Source: Lachnospiraceae bacterium
GTDB lineage: Bacteria; Bacillota; Clostridia; Lachnospirales; Lachnospiraceae
Length of the DNA: 64,000 nucleotides
Direction: 5' to 3'
Assembly: GCA_017417105.1 (NCBI GenBank)
Contig: JAFPZU010000005.1
Coordinates: 16,978 to 80,977 of the forward strand
A program made the translations under genes and the position numbers. Each line of letters begins with the position of its first letter. Position 1 is the stretch's first letter. Under the pieces are notes generated by a model. The model made no database searches, had not been told where the DNA came from, and worked only from the letters and a program-made list of their open reading frames with translations. Of the stretch, positions 9,412 to 19,455 are shown piece after piece.

Positions 9412-11892
9412 ATGAGGATGCGAACACGTATCATAGCCTGTATATGTATCATCAGTATGCTGATATCTCTGCTTCTTCTTGTGGACGCCACGGCGTCTTT
9501 AAGACATGCTCCCGAGTATACCGAATTTACAAAAGCGGTTAATACGACGATGGGCATTTATTATTCGGAGAACTGGAACGGACACGGAAGGATCTACAAC
9601 GTGTCTCCTGAGGGAGAGGTTCTGCGCATGATGTCCACGGAGCAGGTGTCTGAAAAAAGGATGGACAATCTGGATGTATGGGGAGGTCACGTATACCTTC
9701 TCATGTCGTCCGAGGCATCGGATGTTAACGGATATTTCACATCTTACAGGATAGCTGAAACGGATGCCGCCCTTAACGTGCTGAGGATAAGCGATAAGCT
9801 TCGTATAGCAGACAATGAAACAGCTTCAGGTTTTGAGGTCAATGAAGGAAAATGCTATATATCCGCATTAAAAACTGACGGAACCATGGTAGAGGTGTAC
9901 TGCGTCGAGTCCGATATGCTAAAGGCGCTTAAGTGGTCCGAGTCGGTTATAAACACCGGAAATCAGATGCTGCCCGGGGATCAGCAGGGGACGCAGCTTC
10001 CCGTTGTGGAACGGCTTCAGCCTACGAGCGCGAGGGAGACCACGGGATCCAGATATTATGTGGAGGCTTTATATGACGGCAATGAGCTTGCCATAAGGAC
10101 GGATCATGATGCACCGGAGGGACCTTTTTCCATAGACTACAGGATCAAGTATGCGATAGATAATATAAGCTTTACGCTTCTGCAGAGGATAGTCCTCTAC
10201 AAAAACTATGTATCGTTCTGGCTTGCGGCCATTATAATATGGTATATCGTCTTCTTCCTGTTTCTTCATACCATCAAGAACAAAAATCGTTTTGTTTATG
10301 TGATGATAGTCATGGAGACCGTTTTCGTTATCGTCCTGGCGTCGAGCTTTATGTTTGTGAAGACTCACTACAATGAAGCTGCAATGAAGGAATATGCGAG
10401 ATTCGGAGTGTATTCTCTGCAGAACGAACTGGGGGTTATCGGAGATCTCGATAATGTAAACTTTGATGCTTCCGATTTCTATACGACGGATACATACAGA
10501 GTGCTGCAGAACAATCTGTCCGGATTTATGAGACGTGGCAGCAATCCCAGAGTGTTCAGGGATCTTTTTGTCATGAGACTCTCGGATGAAGCGGTTTTAT
10601 GCAGCGTTTCCGGGAGAAACCGTGAAAGCGCATCGCTGATATACGGCAGCGGCATGCACAATATAGCAAACGACCTTGTATCAAAGGGGAGGGCCTATAC
10701 CTACAGGATGGTTAACGTGAACGGCACCTCTTATCTTGCCTGCGGCATCACTGACGGCTCCAGTACGACGGAATATGCTCTGACAGCCCTTATGCAGGCA
10801 GTAGATCCCGATTCGGGTATATGGGGTGATACCTGGAGCCTGGGACTTCTGTTCGTGATCTGCTTTATTGTCGGAAGTCTTCTGATCTTTGCGGCCATGT
10901 GGCTTCAGTCGGAGGACTTAAGGAGATTTGAGCACGAGATAAATGCGGTAGCCCTGGGGCAGAGAGATGTTGAGGTTCCGAACGTTCCCGCAAAGGACGT
11001 AAGATCAATGTGGGTCTCGCTTTCTGAGATAGCAAAGAGGATAAACGTTATAAACTTCGATAAATACAGAATATTTGAAGCTTATTACAGGTTTGCTCCG
11101 AGAAATATAGAGGCCATCATGGGGAAGGATTCGATCTATGATGTAAAGAACGGGGACTTTGTCAGATCCATGGGGAGTCTGCTTCTGATTGCGACGGAGA
11201 ACAGCGGGATGAATGCGCAGAGGGGAAAGAGCATAAGCCGGATAGTAACTTACATAGACCGCTACTCCGAAGCAGGAGAGGGAATCCTCGTATCCCAGGA
11301 CAGTTCTCTTTCCATAATGCAGTTCTTATTTCTTGAAAACTCAAAAAATATAATACCCCAGGTCGTACAGCTGCTTCATGCGTTAAGATCCGATAAGGAA
11401 GCGGGTTTTGTTTCTCTTCTGGTGTACTTTGACGAATTTGTATACGGTGTGGAGGGAATAAACGAGCACAGCCTCATCTACCTTACCGGCGAACATGCAA
11501 GGGAAATGGAGGACTACGTTAATTTCTTCAAGAAGCTTCGGGTTCCGCTTGTGATAACAGAGAACATAAAGGAAAGGGATCAGGCAGGGGAGACCCGGTA
11601 TATCGGATACATCACGCTTTCGGGAGGCGATAAGAATGTGGGGCTTTACGAAGTGCTTGATGCCTGTCCGGCAAGAGAGAGACAGATAAAGCTCATAAAT
11701 AAGGAAAGATTTGAGTCCGCTTTAAGACTCTTCTATGGCAGGGAGTTTTATCTCGCAAGAAACAGATTCTCGGATCTATTAAAGGAGCTTCCGGAGGATG
11801 AGATAACGAAGTGGTATCTTTTCGAGTGCGAGAATCATCTTAACAGCGGTGCATTTGCGAAGGAATCGGGTCCTATAAGGCTCGATGCATGA
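9412..11892 (+). CDS. Multi-TM sensor-like protein with degenerate class III adenylate/guanylate cyclase domain and C-terminal TPR-like helix pair
   Basis: About four TMs with extracellular domains; EAYYRFAPRNIEAIMGKDSIYDVKNGD pre-cyclase motif; RYIG...LYEVLD and FESALRLFYGREF...WYL tail. Confidence 0.65.
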   Translation: MRMRTRIIACICIISMLISLLLLVDATASLRHAPEYTEFTKAVNTTMGIYYSENWNGHGRIYNVSPEGEVLRMMSTEQVSEKRMDNLDVWGGHVYLLMSSEASDVNGYFTSYRIAETDAALNVLRISDKLRIADNETASGFEVNEGKCYISALKTDGTMVEVYCVESDMLKALKWSESVINTGNQMLPGDQQGTQLPVVERLQPTSARETTGSRYYVEALYDGNELAIRTDHDAPEGPFSIDYRIKYAIDNISFTLLQRIVLYKNYVSFWLAAIIIWYIVFFLFLHTIKNKNRFVYVMIVMETVFVIVLASSFMFVKTHYNEAAMKEYARFGVYSLQNELGVIGDLDNVNFDASDFYTTDTYRVLQNNLSGFMRRGSNPRVFRDLFVMRLSDEAVLCSVSGRNRESASLIYGSGMHNIANDLVSKGRAYTYRMVNVNGTSYLACGITDGSSTTEYALTALMQAVDPDSGIWGDTWSLGLLFVICFIVGSLLIFAAMWLQSEDLRRFEHEINAVALGQRDVEVPNVPAKDVRSMWVSLSEIAKRINVINFDKYRIFEAYYRFAPRNIEAIMGKDSIYDVKNGDFVRSMGSLLLIATENSGMNAQRGKSISRIVTYIDRYSEAGEGILVSQDSSLSIMQFLFLENSKNIIPQVVQLLHALRSDKEAGFVSLLVYFDEFVYGVEGINEHSLIYLTGEHAREMEDYVNFFKKLRVPLVITENIKERDQAGETRYIGYITLSGGDKNVGLYEVLDACPARERQIKLINKERFESALRLFYGREFYLARNRFSDLLKELPEDEITKWYLFECENHLNSGAFAKESGPIRLDA

Positions 11893-11913
11893 TAAAGGGT
11901 AAAACAGGGTAAG

Positions 11914-13161
11914 ATGGGCGAGAATCTTTTCAACGTATTTCTATCCACCTTAAAATCCAGGCTTTCTTCCATCGTTTCGAAGTTAAGGCTCTGGACCAGC
12001 TGGAGTTATATAAAAGCGAGGCTTACAGGACTCTTAAGGGATTTCTTCTCAAAGGTCCTTGACGTACGCCCGAAAAACAAAAACGACTATTATACGATCT
12101 TCGGCTGGATGGTCAGCAAAAAACTGGCCTACGCTATTGTAATAGTAGTCGGGATCCTCAGCATATGGTATATCGGAGCGAATACGAAGATATTCTCATC
12201 CTTTACGAAAAACGGAGGGATGAGAACCTACGACTATAATTCCGTACTCTTAAGACTTGCGAATGACAGAGTGAGGATACGGGGAAAGTCAGGGTATCTT
12301 GCTTACGAGGGCGAGGTTTCAAAAGGATATGTTACGGGGAAAGGAAGCCTTTATTCATCGGACAAAGTCCTTTTGTACAACGGGAATTTTGAAAAGAACA
12401 AGTATGAGGGTGACGGCACCCAGTATTATGACAGCGGCGTCATGCACTATACGGGATCATTTCACGAAAACCTCTATGAGGGAAGCGGAAAGCTTTACAG
12501 GCAGGACGGGACAGAGGAGTATATCGGTGAGTTTTTGAGAGGAATGAAGGAAGGAAAGGGAACACTTTACGATACGGGAAGCAAGCAGATATACACCGGC
12601 TCCTTTTCTGCGGATGACATCGTGTACAGCGAAATGCTGGGAAAGAATGCCGAGGAGATAAGACAGCTTTACATGGGAAAGCAGATACTCTATGAGCCGA
12701 CAGAAGATGTAGGGGATATGTCGGTAGTCATCATGCAGGACATTGGCGCCATGTATGTGGGAGTCAGTGACGGAAGCGCATCGGATGATGCCGAAAAAGC
12801 AGAGAGCATCTATGTGTTAAAAGGGACTTTCCGTTCCGGAGTCCAGGAAGCAAACACCATAGAGGAGGTTGCGGGCATACTGGGGGATCCGGTATATGAA
12901 GGGAATTCCGCAGCGCTCCTTCCGGAAGCCGTTGCGATAAACACCCTTAACCGCAGGGAATATACATTGAACGGCAGCGTTGACATGGATACAACGGTCA
13001 ATTACAGCGATGATATAGTGGTGAACGATTTCCAGAGGGATTACGGAATATATATTTATTCCTTCCAGAGAGGAAGTCTTATATATTCCTTTGTGTGCAA
13101 GGGCAGGAACGGGAATTTTGATTTTTATGAGATATCGGAGGCTTCTGAGGAGGCTGCATGA
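11914..13161 (+). CDS. MORN-repeat membrane protein
   Basis: One TM (LAYAIVIVVGILSIWYIG), then repeats YEGEVSKGYVTGKG, YNGNFEKNKYEGDG, YTGSFHENLYEGSG, YIGEFLRGMKEGKG. Confidence 0.85.
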   Translation: MGENLFNVFLSTLKSRLSSIVSKLRLWTSWSYIKARLTGLLRDFFSKVLDVRPKNKNDYYTIFGWMVSKKLAYAIVIVVGILSIWYIGANTKIFSSFTKNGGMRTYDYNSVLLRLANDRVRIRGKSGYLAYEGEVSKGYVTGKGSLYSSDKVLLYNGNFEKNKYEGDGTQYYDSGVMHYTGSFHENLYEGSGKLYRQDGTEEYIGEFLRGMKEGKGTLYDTGSKQIYTGSFSADDIVYSEMLGKNAEEIRQLYMGKQILYEPTEDVGDMSVVIMQDIGAMYVGVSDGSASDDAEKAESIYVLKGTFRSGVQEANTIEEVAGILGDPVYEGNSAALLPEAVAINTLNRREYTLNGSVDMDTTVNYSDDIVVNDFQRDYGIYIYSFQRGSLIYSFVCKGRNGNFDFYEISEASEEAA

Positions 13162-15254
13162 GGTTAAAAAAGCTATTTAAGAAAAGCACAGGGGTGATCA
13201 CAGCGATGGCAATTGGAGCGGCATCTTTCATGCCGTGCTTTGACGCGTATATTCTGCCGGTTCCTTTTATGAGAAGTACCGCGTATGCCGCTGCGACTCA
13301 GGACAAAACCCTGACTCTTGCAACCTGCCGGTCGCTGGCGCTTGAAAAAAGTGCGGAGTACGAAAAGGCCGAGATGAATGTGGATTCAAAGCAGGCTCAA
13401 AGAGAGAGCTCGGTAAAAGCCCTTAAACTTAAAAAGAAAAACCTCACCACCTTCAGGTGGAAGCCGCTGTTAAAATTTCATTTCCCGGAGAAGCTTAACT
13501 TCACACAGGAGTCAGAGTTTAATTTTAAGCCTGTAAAGCTTCAGAACGAGGTAACCGTGGCTCAGCACAAAATGCAGGATACCATCTTTACCGTGAATGA
13601 GTCGGTGAATAATCTCTATACGCAGATAGTAACGCTTCAGGATACGATAGAGTTTAATGAAGAAAGACTTAAAAGCCTTCAGGACGGTCTTGCAAGAAAC
13701 CAGGCAAAGCTTAAGACGGGGGATGCGACCCAGAGCGATGTGGACAGACTTGAAAAAAAGGTGACGACTCTTGAGAGCACCATAGCGGGTGACAGAAGAA
13801 ATCTGGAGGCGAACCTTTCGAAGCTTTCAAAGATGACGGGTCTTGATGTCACAACGGGCTATAAATTCGAAAAGCCTTATGTGGAAGCAAAGATCGAGCG
13901 TGACAGCCTGCCGGCACTTATTCAATACGCGGAAGACAGGGATGAGACCTACTACGAAGCATGTATGACCGCAACTATTGCAAGAATAGAGCTTCGGACT
14001 AATTACGGTCTTTATAAGAGCCATTACGGAAAGGACTGCAATCTGATCTCGTCCTATATCAAGCAGGTGCTGAATGATCAGGAGGTCAGCGCAAAAGCAT
14101 TTAAGAACGATTATAAGAAATTTCTGGACAAGATCGACAGTTATTGGAAGGGCAAGTTCAGGATACTTTTCATAAAAATATCCAAGGAGTTCAGAAAGGG
14201 TGATCTGGACGGTACGCGTTACATAGAAGACGACCCCTATACCGTATATCAGAATGCCATCGACTATTTAAGCGCCCATAAGGACGAGGTTGCCGCAAGG
14301 GATGCTTTGGAGCAGAGCGTTACGGACAGCTTCAATAATTACGTATCCATAAGAAACTCCTATGAGAATTATCTCAAAGAGGTGGATGATCAGAAGGCGC
14401 TTTTAGATAAATATGCCGTAAAGAACAGGCTGGGAGAGATGACCTTCGAAGAGTACAGCGATGAACAGGACGCTTATGAGGAGCTTCAGAACAACATGCT
14501 CCAGACGATGTCGCTCTATACCACAACTCTTTACTCCTTTGACCGGCTTACCTGTGGAGGGGTGAGCGCGCTGCTTTCAGGTACTGACGCTGATATGAAG
14601 ACGGCAGTGGTCGGGGAGAGCTTTGCGGAAAAGAGCACTTCCGATGCTACTTATTTTCTGAAGCCTATCATACAGAGGGAAATGTTTGAGCTGTCGGTAT
14701 ATTTTCCCGATGACTTTCCCGTGGAAATAACGGATTTCGAGCTCTGGTGCGACAACGAGCTTATAGGAGAGCGTACACCTAAGGATGGGAAATTAAGACA
14801 TCTTATGCTTTCAAAGGAAAAAGTTGAAGAGGTTAAGATCAGGTTTTATAACGGGGACGGGTTCGTGGACGACTGTGTTATAGATCCTGATGAGGAGAGC
14901 GGGGTACTTACCATAGTTACCGCCATAGATATAAACAAACTTGAAAGCGGCGAAGTCGGAACCTATGAGACAAATGTAAGCGATGTCACGGGCCTTTATT
15001 CCATAACGATGAAGCCGGTTGAGAGCGAAAACATAGCTTTTTACAAGCTTCTTTCAGAGGACGGAACACCGCTTGGATCAAAGGATATGGTAAAGATCGA
15101 CCAGAAGTTTACTTACCTGAGCCTTCTTTCCGCTGACATGGATAAGCTGAAGATAGAGTTTTACGATAACAGCCAGGCTCTCTTATATAAGGGGTATTTT
15201 GACACGACAAACAAGAAGCTGAAAAAAGATACGGAAGAAAGCGCAAATGAATAA
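13158..15254 (+). CDS. Secreted TolC/OEP-family-like helical protein with C-terminal beta-rich extension
   Basis: Signal peptide (..AYA); LTLATCRSLALEKS; two OEP-like repeats (VNNLY...QAKLKTGDATQSDV and VTDSFNNY...KNRLGEMTFEEY). Confidence 0.7.
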   Translation: MRLKKLFKKSTGVITAMAIGAASFMPCFDAYILPVPFMRSTAYAAATQDKTLTLATCRSLALEKSAEYEKAEMNVDSKQAQRESSVKALKLKKKNLTTFRWKPLLKFHFPEKLNFTQESEFNFKPVKLQNEVTVAQHKMQDTIFTVNESVNNLYTQIVTLQDTIEFNEERLKSLQDGLARNQAKLKTGDATQSDVDRLEKKVTTLESTIAGDRRNLEANLSKLSKMTGLDVTTGYKFEKPYVEAKIERDSLPALIQYAEDRDETYYEACMTATIARIELRTNYGLYKSHYGKDCNLISSYIKQVLNDQEVSAKAFKNDYKKFLDKIDSYWKGKFRILFIKISKEFRKGDLDGTRYIEDDPYTVYQNAIDYLSAHKDEVAARDALEQSVTDSFNNYVSIRNSYENYLKEVDDQKALLDKYAVKNRLGEMTFEEYSDEQDAYEELQNNMLQTMSLYTTTLYSFDRLTCGGVSALLSGTDADMKTAVVGESFAEKSTSDATYFLKPIIQREMFELSVYFPDDFPVEITDFELWCDNELIGERTPKDGKLRHLMLSKEKVEEVKIRFYNGDGFVDDCVIDPDEESGVLTIVTAIDINKLESGEVGTYETNVSDVTGLYSITMKPVESENIAFYKLLSEDGTPLGSKDMVKIDQKFTYLSLLSADMDKLKIEFYDNSQALLYKGYFDTTNKKLKKDTEESANE

Positions 15255-18105
15255 ACTCAGCAAAACAGAAAAAAGGATCATACAGATATTCCTCGTTGTA
15301 ATAGCGGTTGTCAGCATAACTGCGTATATAAAGACCAGAAACGCATTTGCTATTTTTAACGAGAATGAGGCCATGAGATATGAGGAGTATGCGGCGGAGC
15401 ATACGATAGAGGATTCCACACTCTTTATAGGAACCTATCTGATCGAGCTGAGTGCAATGACCGACGAGCTGTACGCAAAGGCCGAGACCTCCGCTTCAGA
15501 TTCCAACCAGCTTAATATGTATTATAAGTCGGAGCTTGCCGGAGGAAACTGGTTTGATGTGACGGATGCTACAGGTCTTTCAGACATAAGCCAAACGGGG
15601 CAGGTTATTTCCGAGGAGGAGCTTGCGGATCTTTATGTCCAGTACCATGTGGGGGCAGACGGCGTGGTAACGGATGTGATGACGGGAGCTGCCGTTAATC
15701 CCTTTGACATTCCGGATCCTTATGACCTTTCAAAGCTTCCGGAGCTTCAGGGCATATGGCTTCTTTACAATCCCGAGAATGACCCTGACGGAGTTTCCCA
15801 GGAGGAATATCTTAAGAACCAGAACTCGGAATCCACGGGCAATATGAGGACGGACGTATATAAGTACCAGGTGCTTTCCACTTTCTTCGGGCTTGACCTT
15901 CGCGATGATGAAACGGATGACTATGATGCGGATCTTGACAGACTCTTTGCCTGCTATCAGACCTTAAAAGCCGCCGGAAATGATGAAGAGGCAGATCTTG
16001 TTTATTCACTTATGGCGAAGGTGGATGCATCAAGAAGGGCCATCATAATGCGAAAGCTTGTGGATGATGACATCAACGTACTGGATACGCTCTACAATAT
16101 GCTGAACGGTGACTCCTATACAACCTTCGGAGATTTCAAAACTTCCGACGATGCCGATAACCTTTCGGAGGAGCCTGATTACATAGTAGAGCTTCAGGAT
16201 GCGGCGTCTCACGGCTTTGTAAAAGATGATGACGCATCCGGAGAATGGTGGGAGCCTATCCAGAAGGATTACGATAAGTATGACCCGGACGATGAGGATG
16301 ATGAGGACTCAGAACAGCCTAAGGATTCCTATGCAACGGACAGTGACCTTCTTTCATCAATAGGAGATTCCCAGCAGAGCTGTCAGCAAAGCTACAGCGA
16401 TTATACTTCAGGCGCCCTTGAGGATGAGGATTCCGTACTGGGACATGCCGAATATGAGTATTCCATACAGGTAATTGCCGAAGCTTCGGCTGCGGGACTT
16501 TCAGGTCCTGTAGTCTATCTTCGGGATGTGACAAACATAAAAGAAAACATTATTAAAAACAAGGACAGCGAACTTAATCTTCTGGATTCCAGTCTTGTAA
16601 GCCTTGCGGAGGATAAATATGAAAGCGGGAGCACTGCGGGTGTGTCGGAGGAATATGACGATATAATAGGCTCCGGAGCCGGAGCATCCGCTGCGGAGAC
16701 TGCTATAAACGATGAATTTGCGGAGCTTGAGGCGAAAAGGAATGAACTGGAGTTTCTTATTACCGCAGTAAAGCAGCGGGAAACCGCAGCCAATGCCTTA
16801 AGCTATGTTAATAACTGCATAACCTGGACGAACGGACTGTACGGGGGGATACCAACGGATGAATTTTCGGCAAAGGCGAAGGGGTCTGTTGACAGTCATC
16901 TGAACTGGCTTAATGACCTGGCATCGGAGATTAAGAATTCCGATGAAAGCCTTAATACGGGGCTTGATGACCTTAAGGACAAGAAGGAGGATCTGCAGAG
17001 AAAAAGGGATGCTGCGCTGGATGATAACAATCTTGCCAAGGCAAGGGATCTTGATTCCCAGATCGCAGCCATTGATCAGGATATAAAGGATGAGGAAGCA
17101 AGAACCGGAAAAAGTTCGGAGGATGACCTTGCGAATGATATCTTAAACGATACGCTGGCGAAGCTTGCGGATGATCCCCAGGCCGACATAAACGGAGCAC
17201 TTGGGGCGCTTGCGGGAATGGGAGCAACGGATGCTCTTAATAAGATAGCGGACAGGGCTTCCGAAAACGGGGCTTCCGCCGAAACGAAGAATGCCATAAG
17301 TGATGCGCAGGATGCAGCGGCGGATAACGCTGCAGGCTCGGGAGGAGACGGATCGGGCTCAGGAAGCGGATCAGGTTCGGGTCAGGGCTCAGGAAGCGGC
17401 TCAGGCCCGGGCTCAGGGTCAGGTTCAGGAAGCGGATCGGGTGCCGGAGCCGGCAGCGGAGCCGGTTCAGGATCGGGTTCCGGCTCCGGAGGAGGCTCAG
17501 GTTCGGGAAGCGGCTCAGGATCGGGATCAGGTTCAGGAAGCGGTAAAGACGGCAAAGGAAGCGGGATGTCCTCTGCTGATATACTGGCAACACTGAAGGC
17601 AGTTCTTGGAAAGGAACTTGAAGACTTAAATCCTTCGGAGTTAGCCGCTGCTGCTGCCGCACTGTCAAGATTTTCAAGAAAGGGCAATGTAAATGCCGGA
17701 GTGCTTGCAAGGCAGGTTTCAGAGCTTGGCAAGGAGAAAAAGAATCCGTACTTCTACAATCAGTACAAGGTGAAATCTCCTGAATATATAAGCCTTAAGA
17801 CAATAGCGGATGCAACTTCCTTCAGGTACATCTATGACGATACGAAGAAGCAGGCAACGCTTACACAGGGGTCAAAGGCATATATCTTCAAGACGGGGGA
17901 CGGCACCATGTCAAGAGGAAACGGAAGTGAGAATCTTAAGAACAAGGTTGTGATGTCCGGGGTGCCGTACCTTTCGGAAGACGATGCGAATGAATATTTC
18001 GTCTGCACGGCGGAATATATACCCGACAGCAGTGATGCCGTATGTGTTACATCAAATATAGCATCTATTGCGGATGAGATAGAAAAAGCACTGGAAGGAA
18101 ACTGA
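15247..18105 (+). CDS. Membrane-anchored acidic coiled-coil protein with Gly-Ser linker and C-terminal copper-amine-oxidase-N-like (stalk) domain
   Basis: N-terminal TM; coiled coil LDDLKDKKEDLQRKRD; (GS)n tract; C-terminal YISLKTIADATSFRYIYDDTKKQATL...VPYLS. Confidence 0.65.
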   Translation: MNKLSKTEKRIIQIFLVVIAVVSITAYIKTRNAFAIFNENEAMRYEEYAAEHTIEDSTLFIGTYLIELSAMTDELYAKAETSASDSNQLNMYYKSELAGGNWFDVTDATGLSDISQTGQVISEEELADLYVQYHVGADGVVTDVMTGAAVNPFDIPDPYDLSKLPELQGIWLLYNPENDPDGVSQEEYLKNQNSESTGNMRTDVYKYQVLSTFFGLDLRDDETDDYDADLDRLFACYQTLKAAGNDEEADLVYSLMAKVDASRRAIIMRKLVDDDINVLDTLYNMLNGDSYTTFGDFKTSDDADNLSEEPDYIVELQDAASHGFVKDDDASGEWWEPIQKDYDKYDPDDEDDEDSEQPKDSYATDSDLLSSIGDSQQSCQQSYSDYTSGALEDEDSVLGHAEYEYSIQVIAEASAAGLSGPVVYLRDVTNIKENIIKNKDSELNLLDSSLVSLAEDKYESGSTAGVSEEYDDIIGSGAGASAAETAINDEFAELEAKRNELEFLITAVKQRETAANALSYVNNCITWTNGLYGGIPTDEFSAKAKGSVDSHLNWLNDLASEIKNSDESLNTGLDDLKDKKEDLQRKRDAALDDNNLAKARDLDSQIAAIDQDIKDEEARTGKSSEDDLANDILNDTLAKLADDPQADINGALGALAGMGATDALNKIADRASENGASAETKNAISDAQDAAADNAAGSGGDGSGSGSGSGSGQGSGSGSGPGSGSGSGSGSGAGAGSGAGSGSGSGSGGGSGSGSGSGSGSGSGSGKDGKGSGMSSADILATLKAVLGKELEDLNPSELAAAAAALSRFSRKGNVNAGVLARQVSELGKEKKNPYFYNQYKVKSPEYISLKTIADATSFRYIYDDTKKQATLTQGSKAYIFKTGDGTMSRGNGSENLKNKVVMSGVPYLSEDDANEYFVCTAEYIPDSSDAVCVTSNIASIADEIEKALEGN
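17335..17544 (+). repeat. Gly-Ser low-complexity coding repeat (~70 codons)
   Basis: GSGSGSG tract encoded with mixed Ser (TCA/TCG/AGC/TCC) and Gly codons. Confidence 0.9.
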
Positions 18106-18111
18106 CAAGCT

Positions 18112-18708
18112 ATGGCTGATTATCCGATTATAGCTGACGTAAGCAATCATATAGTAAGAACCCTGAGAGAGAAGATGTGCCCCGAGCCCATTCCCTCTCC
18201 CAATAATATCGAGATCTCGTCCCCTCTTTCACAGGACGTGGACTACATCGTAGGCCTCTACCTCTATGACATCGTGGAGGATATGCAGGTTACGACCCCG
18301 CCTTACATAGCACGGGGAAGAGCAGAACTTTCCAAACCGCCCAGACCATATGCGCTTTATTATATGGTCTTCATCAACGGCTCATCCCAGATGGGACTGA
18401 AGTCGCTTGATATACAGAAAATCATCGGCAAGGTCGCACAGATAGTCAATGACAATAATTCCGTGCGGCCGAGTGAACTGCAGTCGTGGCTTGACACGGC
18501 GGAACCTCCGATTGTGCTGTCTCAGGCGAAGATAAGCCTGGAGGAGAAGGTCAGGGTGTGGCAGGCGATCAATAAGCCTTACCAGATCAGCCTGTTTTAC
18601 AGGGCGGCACCTGTCTACCTGTCAAGCGGAGTGATAATAGATACTCCGCGCGTCGTGGACGCAAGTTTCGGTCTGTACATCGATGGAGAAGAAAGGAGGG
18701 AAAAGTAA
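18112..18708 (+). CDS. Pvc16/Afp16-like (DUF4255) CIS cap / tail terminator
   Basis: IADVSNHIVRTL, GLYLYDIVED, LYYMV, VWQAINKPYQISLFYRA pattern; located upstream of the sheath. Confidence 0.8.
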   Translation: MADYPIIADVSNHIVRTLREKMCPEPIPSPNNIEISSPLSQDVDYIVGLYLYDIVEDMQVTTPPYIARGRAELSKPPRPYALYYMVFINGSSQMGLKSLDIQKIIGKVAQIVNDNNSVRPSELQSWLDTAEPPIVLSQAKISLEEKVRVWQAINKPYQISLFYRAAPVYLSSGVIIDTPRVVDASFGLYIDGEERREK

Positions 18709-18711
18709 AGA

Positions 18712-19455
18712 ATGGCTGCTTCTGTTTTCGGTTCAAGGCTTGATCTTCTGGTGAGGCTCTATGACACTACAACAGGGGCGCCGGTGGATGAGAGAAATGT
18801 CCTTTTTACGAGAAACGAAGAACCGGTTATACCGGCACCCAGAGGTGAGGGTATGTATGTATTCATTAATACCGGCAGGGAAGACTTTCTTATGCAGATC
18901 ACGGTATACGGATATGAAAAATACAGCATGCAGGTAACCTATGGGGAGCTTGACGACCGGATCCCCTCGTGTGACGTGTTCCTGATACCGTCGGAGAACG
19001 TGCACCGGGGCGAAAGTGTCTTGAGTTTCTCAGGTACTCTTCCTTTTCTTGAAGCCATTGAAGCAGTGAAGCTTTCAAGACCGATCTGTATGGTAAAGGA
19101 GTTTGACGCAAAGAAAAACTTTTTGTCCGTATACGGCGGAACGGGAGGCATGATACGCCTTGACAGCGTATGGTACGCACTGCTTGGCACAGACAAAACA
19201 AGCTATGAAAGAATCGAGGTTACGGGAAGTAGTGCAGCACAGTACTTTAAGATAAAGGACAAGATCGCATTTGAGAATGTCACCAACCTGCCGGTTTACA
19301 GAGTGATACTCGGCAGGGTGTCGGAAAACGGAGATTATCTCTTAAGGGTCCGGGACGATGGTGAGGATGCGCTGTATCTTGTAAGATATCTTATTAAGGG
19401 AGAAGAAAGATTTGAGACGGTAGATTTTAAAGATACTGAAAGGAGGCTTAAATGA
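18712..19455 (+). CDS. CIS-associated hypothetical beta-rich protein
   Basis: 247-aa ORF with RBS, tightly coupled between the cap gene and DUF4280. Confidence 0.7.
   Translation: MAASVFGSRLDLLVRLYDTTTGAPVDERNVLFTRNEEPVIPAPRGEGMYVFINTGREDFLMQITVYGYEKYSMQVTYGELDDRIPSCDVFLIPSENVHRGESVLSFSGTLPFLEAIEAVKLSRPICMVKEFDAKKNFLSVYGGTGGMIRLDSVWYALLGTDKTSYERIEVTGSSAAQYFKIKDKIAFENVTNLPVYRVILGRVSENGDYLLRVRDDGEDALYLVRYLIKGEERFETVDFKDTERRLK

Noticed and set aside
17335-17544. CRISPR array or DNA-level satellite
   Set aside because: In-frame Gly-Ser coding tract with synonymous variation; no repeat-spacer structure and no cas genes.
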